Shown here: positions 36,236-44,604 of the stretch, one piece after another
Position numbering within the stretch: position 1 is the first letter of the stretch
Layout of the letters: each line of letters begins with the position of its first letter
Source: an uncultured Actinomycetota bacterium
GTDB lineage: Bacteria > Actinomycetota > Actinomycetes > Mycobacteriales > CADCTP01
NCBI GenBank assembly: GCA_963714145.1
Contig: OY970235.1
Location: forward strand, 2,961,722 to 3,025,721
Direction of reading: 5' to 3'
Length of the DNA: 64,000 nt
Notes under the pieces: generated by a model
Told to the model about the DNA's origin: nothing
The model's input: the letters and a program-made list of their open reading frames with translations, nothing else
The model's database searches: none
Position numbers and translations under genes: made by a program

Positions 36236-36940
36236 ATGAGCATTGCGGTGACCGAGCAACCCCGGCTGGCCGCGCTGGCCGCCGAGGCCAACGCCAGGCT
36301 GGGCCGGGCGCACCCGCTGGACGTGCTGCGCTGGGCCGCGGACGAGTTCGGCGACGGGCTGTGCGTGGCCTCGTCGATGGGCGACGCGGTGCTGCCACAC
36401 CTGGCCTCCCGGGCCCGCCCCGGCATCCCGATCATCTTCCTCGACACCGGCTACCACTTCGCCGAGACCATCGGCATGCGGGACGCGGTGGCGGCCACCC
36501 TGCCGGTGACCGTGCTCAGCATCCAGCCCCGGCGGACCGTCGCCGAGCAGGACACCGACGAGGGCCCGCGGCTGTTCGAGCGCGACCCGGACCGCTGCTG
36601 CGCGCTGCGCAAGGTGGCCCCGCTGGCCGGCGCGCTGGCCCCGTACACGGCCTGGGCGGCCGGGTTGCGCCGGGACGAGAGCGAGACCCGGCGGAACATC
36701 GGCGTGGTGGAGTGGGACGCCAAGCACGGCCTGGTGAAGCTGAACCCGCTGGCGAACTGGACCGAGGACGACGTGCAGGCCTACATCGCCGAGCACGGCG
36801 TGCTGGTCAACCCGCTGCACTACGACGGGTACGAGTCGATCGGCTGCGCGCCGTGCACCGCCCGGACGGCCGGCGGCGCCGACGCGCGGGCCGGGCGCTG
36901 GGCCGGCAGCACCAAGACGGAGTGCGGCCTGCACGTCTGA
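36236..36940 (+). CDS. cysH: APS/PAPS reductase (Fe-S type CysH)
   Basis: Track ORF 36197..36940. I prefer ATG 36236 (GAGGAG SD, 6-nt spacer). Cysteines are CCALRKV plus C-terminal GCAPCT, and the protein ends in ECGLH. Confidence 0.9.
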   Translation: MSIAVTEQPRLAALAAEANARLGRAHPLDVLRWAADEFGDGLCVASSMGDAVLPHLASRARPGIPIIFLDTGYHFAETIGMRDAVAATLPVTVLSIQPRRTVAEQDTDEGPRLFERDPDRCCALRKVAPLAGALAPYTAWAAGLRRDESETRRNIGVVEWDAKHGLVKLNPLANWTEDDVQAYIAEHGVLVNPLHYDGYESIGCAPCTARTAGGADARAGRWAGSTKTECGLHV

Positions 36941-36984
36941 GCCCGGCCGGGGCCGGAGTCGGGGTGGGCGACCCGGAACGGAGA

Positions 36985-37029
36985 GTCTGTCGGGTCCCGA
37001 CCCTGGCGGAGGCCGGGAACCCGACAGAC
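36985..37029 (+). terminator. Hairpin followed by a T-rich stretch downstream of cysH, between convergent genes
   Basis: gtctgtcgggtcccg...cgggaacccgacagac forms ~15 bp of stem with one bulge, followed by cgatcgtttgtt. Confidence 0.45.
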
Positions 37030-37048
37030 CGATCGTTTGTTCCCCAGA

Positions 37049-38674
37049 TCAGGCAGGTATCAACCCTGGCCGGCCGGCTTCGACCGCGAACGAGACGGCC
37101 GTCCGGACTGGAGCGTCCCGGACCGCGATCGTGTCCACCACGCGCAGGTCGGTCTGCCAGGCGTGCCGGTCGACCGTGCAGCGCAGGTAGCCGTGCTTCT
37201 GCCCGTCGAAGTACTTCACGTGCGGGTTGAAGAACGGGTTGGCGGCCCGGATCGGCCCGTCGAACGCGGCCGGGAAGTCCGAGCTGATCGAGGTGGCGGT
37301 GAACTCCACGGCGACCGTCGGCGAGGCCGGGTCGTCGAAGTTCAGCTTCAGGTCGGAGAACCAGGACGAGTGGATGTCGCCGGCGAGCACCACCGGGTTG
37401 GCGATCCGGCGGGCGGCCAGGAACTGCAGCAGCCGGGTGCGCTGCGGCTGGTAGCCGTCCCACTGGTCCAGGTTCACGATCGACGGCGGGACGGTCGACC
37501 CGGTCGGGTTCGGGAACCGGGTCTGGCTCATCATGACCTGCTGCGCGATCACGTTCCAGCGGGCCCGGGACCGGGTCAGGTTGCCGTCCAGCCACTGTTC
37601 CTGGGCGCCGCCGGTGAGCGTGCCGGCGGTGTTGCCGTCGCCGAACTGCTCCAGGCCGAGGTCACTCGGGAAGCCGCCGGGCTGGTCGGTGCGGTACTGC
37701 CGGGTGTCCAGCACCGAGACCCGGGCGAGCGAGCCGAGGTCGAACCGGCGGTAGATCCGGAAGTCCGGTGAGCCGAGCCGGTAGTGCGCCCGGATCGGCA
37801 TGTGCTCGAAGTACGCCTGGTAGGCGTGTGCCCGCTGCCGGGCGAACTGCGCCGGGTCCTGGTGCTTGGCGCCGGTGTCGTCGATCTCGTCGATCAGGGC
37901 GGCGTAGTTGTTCTCCACCTCGTGGTCGTCCCAGGTGACGATCCACGGGAACGCGGCGTGTGCGGCCTGCAGCGCCGGGTCGCCCTTGTACTGGGCGTGC
38001 CGGTTGCGGTAGTCGGCCAGGGTCTGCAGCTGGTCCACGCCGGGGGTGTCCGGGGTGGTGTGCCGCCGGTCCGGGTAGACGCTGTCCGGGTCGTACTCGT
38101 AGATGTAGTCGCCGAGGTGGAAGACCAGGTCCAGGTCCTCGTCGGCCAGCCCCCAGTACGTCGGCCAGTAGCCGTTCTGGAAGTCCTGGCAGTTGACCAC
38201 GCCGAGGCGCAGCCGATGCGGGTCGGCCCAGGGGGCGGGGGCGGTACGGGTGCGGCCGACCGGGCTGATCTGCCGACCGGCGCGGAACCGGTAGAAGTAG
38301 TCCCGGGCCGGGGCCAGGCCGCGGGCGTCGACGTGCACCGAGTGCGCCAGCTCGGGCCGGGCCAGCGCGGTGCCGTGCCGGGCCAGCCGACGGAACTGCG
38401 GGTCGTGCGCGACCTGCCACTCCACCTCGATCGGCCGGGAGCCGAGCGAGCGGGCGTCCTGCGGGTCGCCGGTCAGCCGGGTCCAGAGGATCACCGAGTC
38501 GCACAGCGGGTCGCCGCTGGCCACGCCGAGCTGGAATCGCGCCGGCACGTCCGGGTGCGACGGCCGGCTGCTGGCGGCCGGCGCCGCGCCGGCGACCCCG
38601 CCCAGCGCGGTCACCCCGGCCAGCGTCGCCGCGCCGGTCAGGAAGGTTCTGCGGGCCACGTCCTGCTCGACCAT
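37049..38674 (-). CDS. phoD: PhoD-family alkaline phosphatase/phosphodiesterase, Tat-exported
   Basis: This is the 3' 541 codons of track ORF 37049..39328. ATG 38674 follows GGAGGAGGAGGA. It has a twin-arginine signal (RRTFLTGAATLAGV) and GVASGDP...HLGDYIYEY...WDDHEV. Confidence 0.88.
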   Translation of the reverse strand: MVEQDVARRTFLTGAATLAGVTALGGVAGAAPAASSRPSHPDVPARFQLGVASGDPLCDSVILWTRLTGDPQDARSLGSRPIEVEWQVAHDPQFRRLARHGTALARPELAHSVHVDARGLAPARDYFYRFRAGRQISPVGRTRTAPAPWADPHRLRLGVVNCQDFQNGYWPTYWGLADEDLDLVFHLGDYIYEYDPDSVYPDRRHTTPDTPGVDQLQTLADYRNRHAQYKGDPALQAAHAAFPWIVTWDDHEVENNYAALIDEIDDTGAKHQDPAQFARQRAHAYQAYFEHMPIRAHYRLGSPDFRIYRRFDLGSLARVSVLDTRQYRTDQPGGFPSDLGLEQFGDGNTAGTLTGGAQEQWLDGNLTRSRARWNVIAQQVMMSQTRFPNPTGSTVPPSIVNLDQWDGYQPQRTRLLQFLAARRIANPVVLAGDIHSSWFSDLKLNFDDPASPTVAVEFTATSISSDFPAAFDGPIRAANPFFNPHVKYFDGQKHGYLRCTVDRHAWQTDLRVVDTIAVRDAPVRTAVSFAVEAGRPGLIPA

Positions 38675-38918
38675 TCCGTCCTCCTCCTCCGCCGGGCACC
38701 AGTGCCCGGCCGGACCCGCCGATTCCACCAGCCGGACGGGCAGCCGCGCGGTTAAATGTGCGCGAAGGTTATGCCGGTCATCCGTTCGCGCCGACCGTGT
38801 CCGGTTCCGGCCGGCCCAGGCCCAGCCGGGGCCAACCCAACCGGCCCGGGCCCGACCCGGCCGGCCCGGCCCGAAACCCGGCGGCGGGCGGCCGGCCAGG
38901 GCGTTAGCATCACCGGCC

Positions 38919-39401
38919 GTGACCCAGGCACCGCATCCCAACGTCCAGCGGGTGGCCGACGAGCTGACCAGGCACGGCGCCGGTGGCACCGTCCAGCAGC
39001 TGGCCGAGACCGCCCGTACCGCGGAAATGGCCGCCGCCCAGCTCGGCGTCGAGGTCGGCGCGATCGTCAAGTCGCTGGTCTTCCTCGCCGACGGCGAACC
39101 GGTCCTGGTGCTGACCAGCGGCGCCCACCAGGTCGACACCACCCGGGTCGCCGGCACGCTCGGCGTGGCCGCACTGCGCCGGGCCGACGCGGACACCGTC
39201 CGCGCCGCCACCGGCCAGTCCATCGGTGGCGTCGCCCCGCTCGGCCACCCGGCCCCGCTGCGCACCGTGGTCGACGTCGCCCTGGCCGACCACCCGGTGG
39301 TCTGGGCCGCCGGCGGCCACCCGCACACCGTCTTCCCGACCAGCTACGCCGAGCTGCTCACGCTCACCGCCGGCACGCCCGCTGAGGTCGCCGCACCCTG
39401 A
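38919..39401 (+). CDS. YbaK/EbsC-type aminoacyl-tRNA deacylase domain protein
   Basis: This is the last 160 codons of track ORF 38370..39401 (GTG 38919): ...AIVKSLVFLADGEPVLVLTSGAHQVD...GGVAPLGHP... Confidence 0.7.
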   Translation: MTQAPHPNVQRVADELTRHGAGGTVQQLAETARTAEMAAAQLGVEVGAIVKSLVFLADGEPVLVLTSGAHQVDTTRVAGTLGVAALRRADADTVRAATGQSIGGVAPLGHPAPLRTVVDVALADHPVVWAAGGHPHTVFPTSYAELLTLTAGTPAEVAAP

Positions 39402-39409
39402 CCACAGGG

Positions 39410-39509
39410 TGCCGATCTGTCGGCGGGCCGATCTGCCGGCTTGTCGGCATTCCGGCTGCCGGCCCGTTCCCGGTCAATCGGCCGATCTGTCGGCTTTCGA
39501 TCTGCCCGG
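39410..39509. promoter_or_regulatory. Operator-like array: four copies of a GCCGATCTGYCGGC-type palindrome in two pairs
   Basis: Copies are at 39410-39423 (GCCGATCTGTCGGC), 39426-39439 (GCCGATCTGCCGGC), 39480-39493 (GCCGATCTGTCGGC) and 39495-39508 (degenerate TTCGATCTGCCCGG). The array lies 126-225 bp upstream of ATG 39635. Confidence 0.45.
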
Positions 39510-39634
39510 GCGCGGTGTGCTGGCGTCCGGCCCGGGTTCCGGCGGGCCGGTGCCGGTGTGCCGGCCGGAGCGCGTCCGCGGGCGGGCGGGTCGGCCCCGA
39601 TCGGGTCACGGGTGCACCCTCTACCCTGCTCCGC

Positions 39635-40453
39635 ATGACCGTGCGGCCCGGGTGGGGCGAGCCAGCGCCGGCGCTGGTGACGTTGCACCTGTGGCGGGTG
39701 CCCGGCTGGCGGGTGCCGGCGGCGGTGGCCCGGATGGGGCTGGACCGGCGGGCCGTGCGGCGCGCGCCCGGGGTCCGCTTCGCCAAGCTGCTCGGCACCG
39801 GGCGGGGGCAGACGTTCACCCTGCGGGACGCGGAACCACGACGCTGGGGCCTGCTGGCCGCCTGGGCCGACGCTGGCGCGGCGGCCAGCTTCGAACGCTC
39901 GGTGACGGTCCACCGGTGGCACCGGCTGGCCGAGGAGACCTGGCGGGTGGAGCTGCGGCCGCTGTCCAGCCGCGGCCGCTGGTCCGGCCGCGAGCCGTTC
40001 GGGCCGAGCCGGGCCGGCCTGGGCACTGCCGGCCGGCCGGGCGCGGACGGATCAGACGCGGGCCGGCCCGGCGCCGGCGGGCGGCCGGTCGGGATCGGCG
40101 GCGGGCAGCCGGGGCGGTGGACCGGGGTGGTGGCGGCGGTGACCCGGGCCCGGCTGGTGCCGTGGCGGGCGGCGCGGTTCTGGCGCGCGGTGCCGGCGGT
40201 CTCGGCGGACCTGCGCGGCGCGGCCGGGCTGCGGCTCGCGGTCGGGATCGGGGAGGCACCGGTCGGGCTGCAGGGCACGTTCAGCGTGTGGGAGTCGGCC
40301 CGGGCGCTGCGGTCGTTCGCCTACGCCGGGGCCGCGCACGCGGCGGCGGTCCGGCGGACCCCGGTGGAAGGCTGGTACGCGGAGGAGTTGTTCGCCCGGT
40401 TCGCCGTGCTGTCCGCGACCGGCACCGTCGACGGTAGGGACCCGCTGGCATGA
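39635..40453 (+). CDS. Conserved protein resembling those annotated as spheroidene monooxygenase (CrtA-like) in actinobacterial carotenoid loci
   Basis: ATG 39635 lies within track ORF 39515..40453. Sequence: ALVTLHLWRVPGWRVPAAVARMGLDRRAVRRAPGVRFAKLLGTG...WESARALRSFAY. The assignment comes from my memory of similar annotations and is not verified. Confidence 0.5.
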   Translation: MTVRPGWGEPAPALVTLHLWRVPGWRVPAAVARMGLDRRAVRRAPGVRFAKLLGTGRGQTFTLRDAEPRRWGLLAAWADAGAAASFERSVTVHRWHRLAEETWRVELRPLSSRGRWSGREPFGPSRAGLGTAGRPGADGSDAGRPGAGGRPVGIGGGQPGRWTGVVAAVTRARLVPWRAARFWRAVPAVSADLRGAAGLRLAVGIGEAPVGLQGTFSVWESARALRSFAYAGAAHAAAVRRTPVEGWYAEELFARFAVLSATGTVDGRDPLA

Positions 40454-41019
40454 GGATCGTGGAGTGGTCGCCGGCGGACCTGCGGGGCCGGCTCGGCGAG
40501 GCGATGGGCCTGTACGCGGAGGCGATGGGCTACCCGCCGGAGGCCGGCCAGCACCGCGCCGGGTTCGCGGTGGCGCACACCCGGCGGCCCGGATTCCGGT
40601 CGACCGCGGCCGTGTTCGGCCCGGAGCCCGGACAGCTGGCCGGTTTCGGCTACGGCTACGCGACCTCGCCGGGCCAGTGGTGGCATGACCAGGTCCGCGC
40701 GGCGCTGTCGCCGAGCCTGGCCGACGAGTGGCTGGCCGGCTGCTTCGAGCTGTCTGAGCTGCACGTCCGGCCGCGGTACCAGGGGCAGGGGCTGGGCCGG
40801 GCGCTGCTGACCACGCTGGTGGACGGGCTGCCCCAGCAGACGGTGCTGCTGTCCACGCCAGAGGGCGACACCCGGGCCTGGCGGCTGTACCGGTCGCTCG
40901 GCTTCGTCGACCTGGTCCGGCACCACCTGTTCCCCGGCGACAGCCGGCCGTTCGCCGTGCTCGGCGTCCGCCTGCCGCTGCTCGCCGCCGCGCCGACCGG
41001 GCCTACCGGGACGCAGTGA
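40450..41019 (+). CDS. GNAT-family N-acetyltransferase (Rv2170-like position)
   Basis: Track ORF 40450..41019. The acetyl-CoA motif is RPRYQGQGLGRALL. The start overlaps the preceding gene's stop (ATGA). Confidence 0.8.
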   Translation: MRIVEWSPADLRGRLGEAMGLYAEAMGYPPEAGQHRAGFAVAHTRRPGFRSTAAVFGPEPGQLAGFGYGYATSPGQWWHDQVRAALSPSLADEWLAGCFELSELHVRPRYQGQGLGRALLTTLVDGLPQQTVLLSTPEGDTRAWRLYRSLGFVDLVRHHLFPGDSRPFAVLGVRLPLLAAAPTGPTGTQ

Positions 41020-41915
41020 CCCGGGCCCGGCCCGGGCCGCGGACCCGCCCGGTGCTGGTGCTGGCGGCGGCGACCGTGCTGGCCCAGATCGGCTACCCGC
41101 TCCTGCACGGCGCCGCCCGGGACCGGCTCACCATCGCGGTGGTGCTGCTGTTCGCGGCGACGTCGCTGGGGCACGCGGCGGTCAGCCGGGGGCCGCGGAC
41201 GGCGGCGCTGGTGCTGCTCGTCTTCGGCGGCGGTGGGCTGCTGGTCGAGGCGGTGGGTACCGGCACCGGCTGGCCGTTCGGCGACTACGCCTACACCGGC
41301 ACGCTCGGGGTGCGGGTGCTCGGCGTGCCGCTGCTGATCCCGCTGGGTTGGGTGCTGCTCGGTTGGCCCGCGTACCTGGTCGGGGTTCGGCTGACCCGGC
41401 CCGGCGCGCGGGTGGCCCGGGTGCTGGTCGCCGGCTGGGCGCTGGCCGCCTGGGATCTCTTCCTCGACCCGCAGATGGTCGCCGCCGGGCACTGGCACTG
41501 GGCCGACCCGGGCCCGGCGCTGCCCGGCGTGCCGGCGGTGCCGCTGACCAACTACGCCGGCTGGCTGCTGGTCTCGGTGCTCCTGATGGCACTGCTGGAC
41601 GTGCTGGTCGGCGCCCGTCCGGACCCGACCGACCTGCTGCCGTACGGCCTCTACCTGTGGACGTACGCCTCCTCGGTGCTCGGCCAGGCGGCCTTCCTCG
41701 GGCTGCCGCACTCCGCGTTCTGGGGCGGCCTCGGCATGGGCACCGTCGCCGTCCCGCTCGCGCTCAGCCTGCGCCCGCCGGCACCCCCGCCGCCCGGCCG
41801 GCCCCAGCTGCCCATCCGGACCCGGCCGCCCGACCGAACCCGGCCCATCCGGACCCGGCTGCCCATCCGGACCCGGCTGCCGGGCCGGGCGCGGCTGCCG
41901 GGCCGGGCGCGATGA
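41016..41915 (+). CDS. Carotenoid biosynthesis membrane protein (DUF422/CruF-like hydratase family)
   Basis: Track ORF 41016..41915. It is multi-TM, with GWPFGDYAYT...LAAWDLFLDPQMVAAGHWHW. The start overlaps the GNAT stop (GTGA), and the C-terminal tail is repetitive. Confidence 0.6.
   Translation: MTRARPGPRTRPVLVLAAATVLAQIGYPLLHGAARDRLTIAVVLLFAATSLGHAAVSRGPRTAALVLLVFGGGGLLVEAVGTGTGWPFGDYAYTGTLGVRVLGVPLLIPLGWVLLGWPAYLVGVRLTRPGARVARVLVAGWALAAWDLFLDPQMVAAGHWHWADPGPALPGVPAVPLTNYAGWLLVSVLLMALLDVLVGARPDPTDLLPYGLYLWTYASSVLGQAAFLGLPHSAFWGGLGMGTVAVPLALSLRPPAPPPPGRPQLPIRTRPPDRTRPIRTRLPIRTRLPGRARLPGRAR
41808..41912. repeat. ~18-bp tandem units at the 3' end of the CruF-like gene
   Basis: ctgcccatccggacccgg-type units lie at 41808 and 41859 (plus a 15-nt version at 41844). 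ctgccgggccgggcgcgg occurs twice, at 41877 and 41895. The repeat encodes LPIRTRPPDRTRPIRTRLPIRTRLPGRARLPGRAR. Confidence 0.85.
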
Positions 41916-43087
41916 GGCCGCCCGGTGCGGCGGCCCGGCGGGTCTGGCGGGGGGCGGTGCTGGCCGGGTCGGTGGGGGCGGCGGCCGGTGCGGTGCACGC
42001 GGCGGTGAACGGGCGGCTGCTGCGCCGGCCGGTGGCCGACCCGCCGGCCGACCCGGCCGCAGTCTCGGTGCTGCTGCCGGCGCGGAACGAGGCGCACCAG
42101 CTGGAGCCGTGCCTGCGCTCGCTGCTCGGCCAGGCCGGGCTGGCCCGGATGGAGCTGCTGGTGCTGGACGACGGCTCCACCGACGGCACCGGCGGGCTGG
42201 CCCGGCAGATCACCGCCGGCTCGCCCCGGGCCCGGGTCCTCGACGGGCGGCCGCCGCCGGCCGGCTGGCTCGGCAAGCCGCACGCCTGCCAGCAACTCGC
42301 CGACGCGGCCAGCCCGGACAGCGACGTGCTGCTGTTCGTGGACGCGGACGTGGTGCTGGCCCCGCACGCGGTGGCCGCGACCGTCGACCTGCTCCGGCGG
42401 CACCGGCTCGACCTGGTCTCGCCGTACCCGCGGCAACGGGCCGGGACCTCGGCCGAGCGGCTGGTACAGCCGCTGCTGCAATGGTCCTGGCTGACGTTCC
42501 TGCCGCTGCGGCTGGCCGAGACGGCGGCCCGGCCCAGCCTGGCCACGGCGAACGGCCAGCTGCTGGCCGTCGGCCGGGCGGCCTACCAGGCCGCCGGCGG
42601 GCACGCGGCGGTACGGGCCGAGGTGCTGGACGACGTGGCGCTGGCCCGGGCGGTGCGGCGGGCCGGCGGCCGGGGTGGCATGGCCGACGGCACGGCGCTG
42701 GCCACCTGCCGGATGTACCGCGGCTGGCCGGAGCTGCGGGACGGCTACACGAAGTCGCTCTGGTCGGCGTTCGGCTCACCGGCCGGCGCGACGGCCACCA
42801 CGGCCCTGCTCGCGGTGATCTACATCCTGCCCGCGGTGGCCGCGGCGACCGGGTCCGCGGTGGGCCTGGCCGGTTACGCTGCGGGAGTGACCGGCCGCGT
42901 GCTCACCGCCCACCGCACCGGCGGCCGGCCCTGGCCGGACGCGCTGGCACACCCCGCCTCGATCGCCGCCCTCGGCTGGCTCACCGCCCGCTCGCACCGG
43001 GCCAGGGCGGCCGGCACGCTGCGCTGGAAAGGCCGCCCGGTCGGCAATGGTGGCCGGATGAGCCGGCTGAGCCTGGTGGCCGGATGA
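41912..43087 (+). CDS. Family 2 glycosyltransferase (carotenoid glycosyltransferase candidate)
   Basis: ATG 41912 overlaps the upstream stop (ATGA). Motifs: VSVLLPARNE, LLVLDDGSTDGT, FVDADV. C-terminal TM helices are present. Confidence 0.72.
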   Translation: MRPPGAAARRVWRGAVLAGSVGAAAGAVHAAVNGRLLRRPVADPPADPAAVSVLLPARNEAHQLEPCLRSLLGQAGLARMELLVLDDGSTDGTGGLARQITAGSPRARVLDGRPPPAGWLGKPHACQQLADAASPDSDVLLFVDADVVLAPHAVAATVDLLRRHRLDLVSPYPRQRAGTSAERLVQPLLQWSWLTFLPLRLAETAARPSLATANGQLLAVGRAAYQAAGGHAAVRAEVLDDVALARAVRRAGGRGGMADGTALATCRMYRGWPELRDGYTKSLWSAFGSPAGATATTALLAVIYILPAVAAATGSAVGLAGYAAGVTGRVLTAHRTGGRPWPDALAHPASIAALGWLTARSHRARAAGTLRWKGRPVGNGGRMSRLSLVAG

Positions 43088-44571
43088 GCCGGGTGGTCGT
43101 GGTCGGCGCCGGCGTGGGTGGGCTGGCGGCCGCGGCCCGGTTGGCCGCGTCCGGGCATTCGGTCACGGTGTGTGAACAGGCACCGGTGGTCGGCGGCAAG
43201 CTGGGCGTGCTGGCGCGGACCACCGAGGCCGGCACGTTCCGGTTCGACACCGGCCCGTCGCTGCTGACCATGCCGCAGGTGTTCGAGGACCTGTTCCGGG
43301 AGACCGGCGAGCCGATGGGCTCGGTGCTCGACCTGCAGCGGCTGGATCCGATCGCCCGCTACCGGTTCGCCGACGGCACCCGGCTGGACACCACCGCCGA
43401 CCTGGACGTGCTCGAAGCCCGGCTGGACGCGGCGTTCGGCCCGGGCAGCGGCCGGGACTGGCGCCAGCTGACCCAGCGCGCCGAGCGGATCTGGCAGGCC
43501 GTCCGCGGTCCCTTCCTGACCTCGGCCATCGGCGGGCTGGCCGATCTGGCCCGGCAGGCGGTCCGGGTGCGCGACCTGGCCGCCATCGCGCCGGGCCGGA
43601 CGCTGCGCCAGTTCGGCATCCGGTACCTCCGGGACCCGCGGCTGCGCCAACTGCTGGACCGGTACGCCACCTACACCGGCTCCGACCCGCGCCGGGCGCC
43701 CGCGACGCTGGCCGTGGTGCCGTACGTGGAGCAGCGGTTCGGTGGCTGGTACCTGCGCGGCGGGCTGCACACGCTGGGCGGCGCGCTGGCCGACCGGGTG
43801 CGGTCCTGCGGCGGCACGGTCCGGACCGGTGCGGACGTGACGCACATCCAGACCGACGGCGGCCGGGCCAGCGGGGTGGTGCTGGCCGACGGCAGCCGGC
43901 TGCCGGCCGATGTGGTGGTGGCCAACGCCGACGCCCGGCACGTCTACCGGGACCTGCTGCCCGAGCCGCGGCTGCTCCGCCGGGCGCGGCGGGTCACCCC
44001 GTCGCTGTCGGCATTCGTGCTGCTGCTCGGGATCCGCGGCCGGACGCCCGGGCTGGCCCACCACAACGTGCTGTTCCCCAGCTCGTACGACCTGGAGTTC
44101 GACGCGGTCTTCGGCAACCCGGCCGCCCCGGTCGCCGACCCGACCATCTACATCAGCTGCCCGGACGACCCGGCGATCCGTCCGGACGGGCACGAAGCCT
44201 GGTACGTGCTGGTCAACGCCCCCCGGCACGGCCGCGGCCCGGGCGCGGTGGACTGGGACTCCCCCGGCCTGGCCGAGTCCTACGCCGACCGGCTGCACGG
44301 CCTGCTGGCCCGGCGCGGTCTGCCGGTGGCCGACCGGATCCTGTTCCAGGAGATCATCACGCCGGCCGACCTGGCCCGGTCCACCCGGGCGCCGGGCGGC
44401 GCGATCTACGGCGCCTCGTCCAACGGCGCGCGCTCGGCCTACCTGCGCCCGGCCAACCGGTCCCCGGTGCCGGGCCTCTACCTGGTCGGCGGCTCCGCCC
44501 ACCCCGGCGGTGGCCTCCCGCTGGTCGCCCTCTCCGGCCAGATCGTCGCCGGCCTCATCGGCCCCGCCTGA
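43084..44571 (+). CDS. Phytoene-desaturase-family FAD oxidoreductase (CrtD-like tailoring desaturase candidate)
   Basis: ATG 43084 overlaps the upstream stop (ATGA). Motifs: VVVVGAGVGGLAAAARLA and the C-terminal LYLVGGSAHPGGGLP. Confidence 0.8.
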   Translation: MSRVVVVGAGVGGLAAAARLAASGHSVTVCEQAPVVGGKLGVLARTTEAGTFRFDTGPSLLTMPQVFEDLFRETGEPMGSVLDLQRLDPIARYRFADGTRLDTTADLDVLEARLDAAFGPGSGRDWRQLTQRAERIWQAVRGPFLTSAIGGLADLARQAVRVRDLAAIAPGRTLRQFGIRYLRDPRLRQLLDRYATYTGSDPRRAPATLAVVPYVEQRFGGWYLRGGLHTLGGALADRVRSCGGTVRTGADVTHIQTDGGRASGVVLADGSRLPADVVVANADARHVYRDLLPEPRLLRRARRVTPSLSAFVLLLGIRGRTPGLAHHNVLFPSSYDLEFDAVFGNPAAPVADPTIYISCPDDPAIRPDGHEAWYVLVNAPRHGRGPGAVDWDSPGLAESYADRLHGLLARRGLPVADRILFQEIITPADLARSTRAPGGAIYGASSNGARSAYLRPANRSPVPGLYLVGGSAHPGGGLPLVALSGQIVAGLIGPA

Positions 44572-44604
44572 ACAACCCAGCCTGGACTCCCGGCGCAGCC
44601 GTGC

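Noticed and set aside
38740-38800. PhoP (PHO box) direct repeats in the AT-richer patch upstream of phoD.
   Set aside because: Only one unit (GGTCATCCGTT) approximates the G(G/T)TCAYYYR(G/C)G consensus that I recall. Neighbouring GGTTAT and GTTCGC motifs are not at 11-nt phasing. This is too weak to call without a matrix scan.
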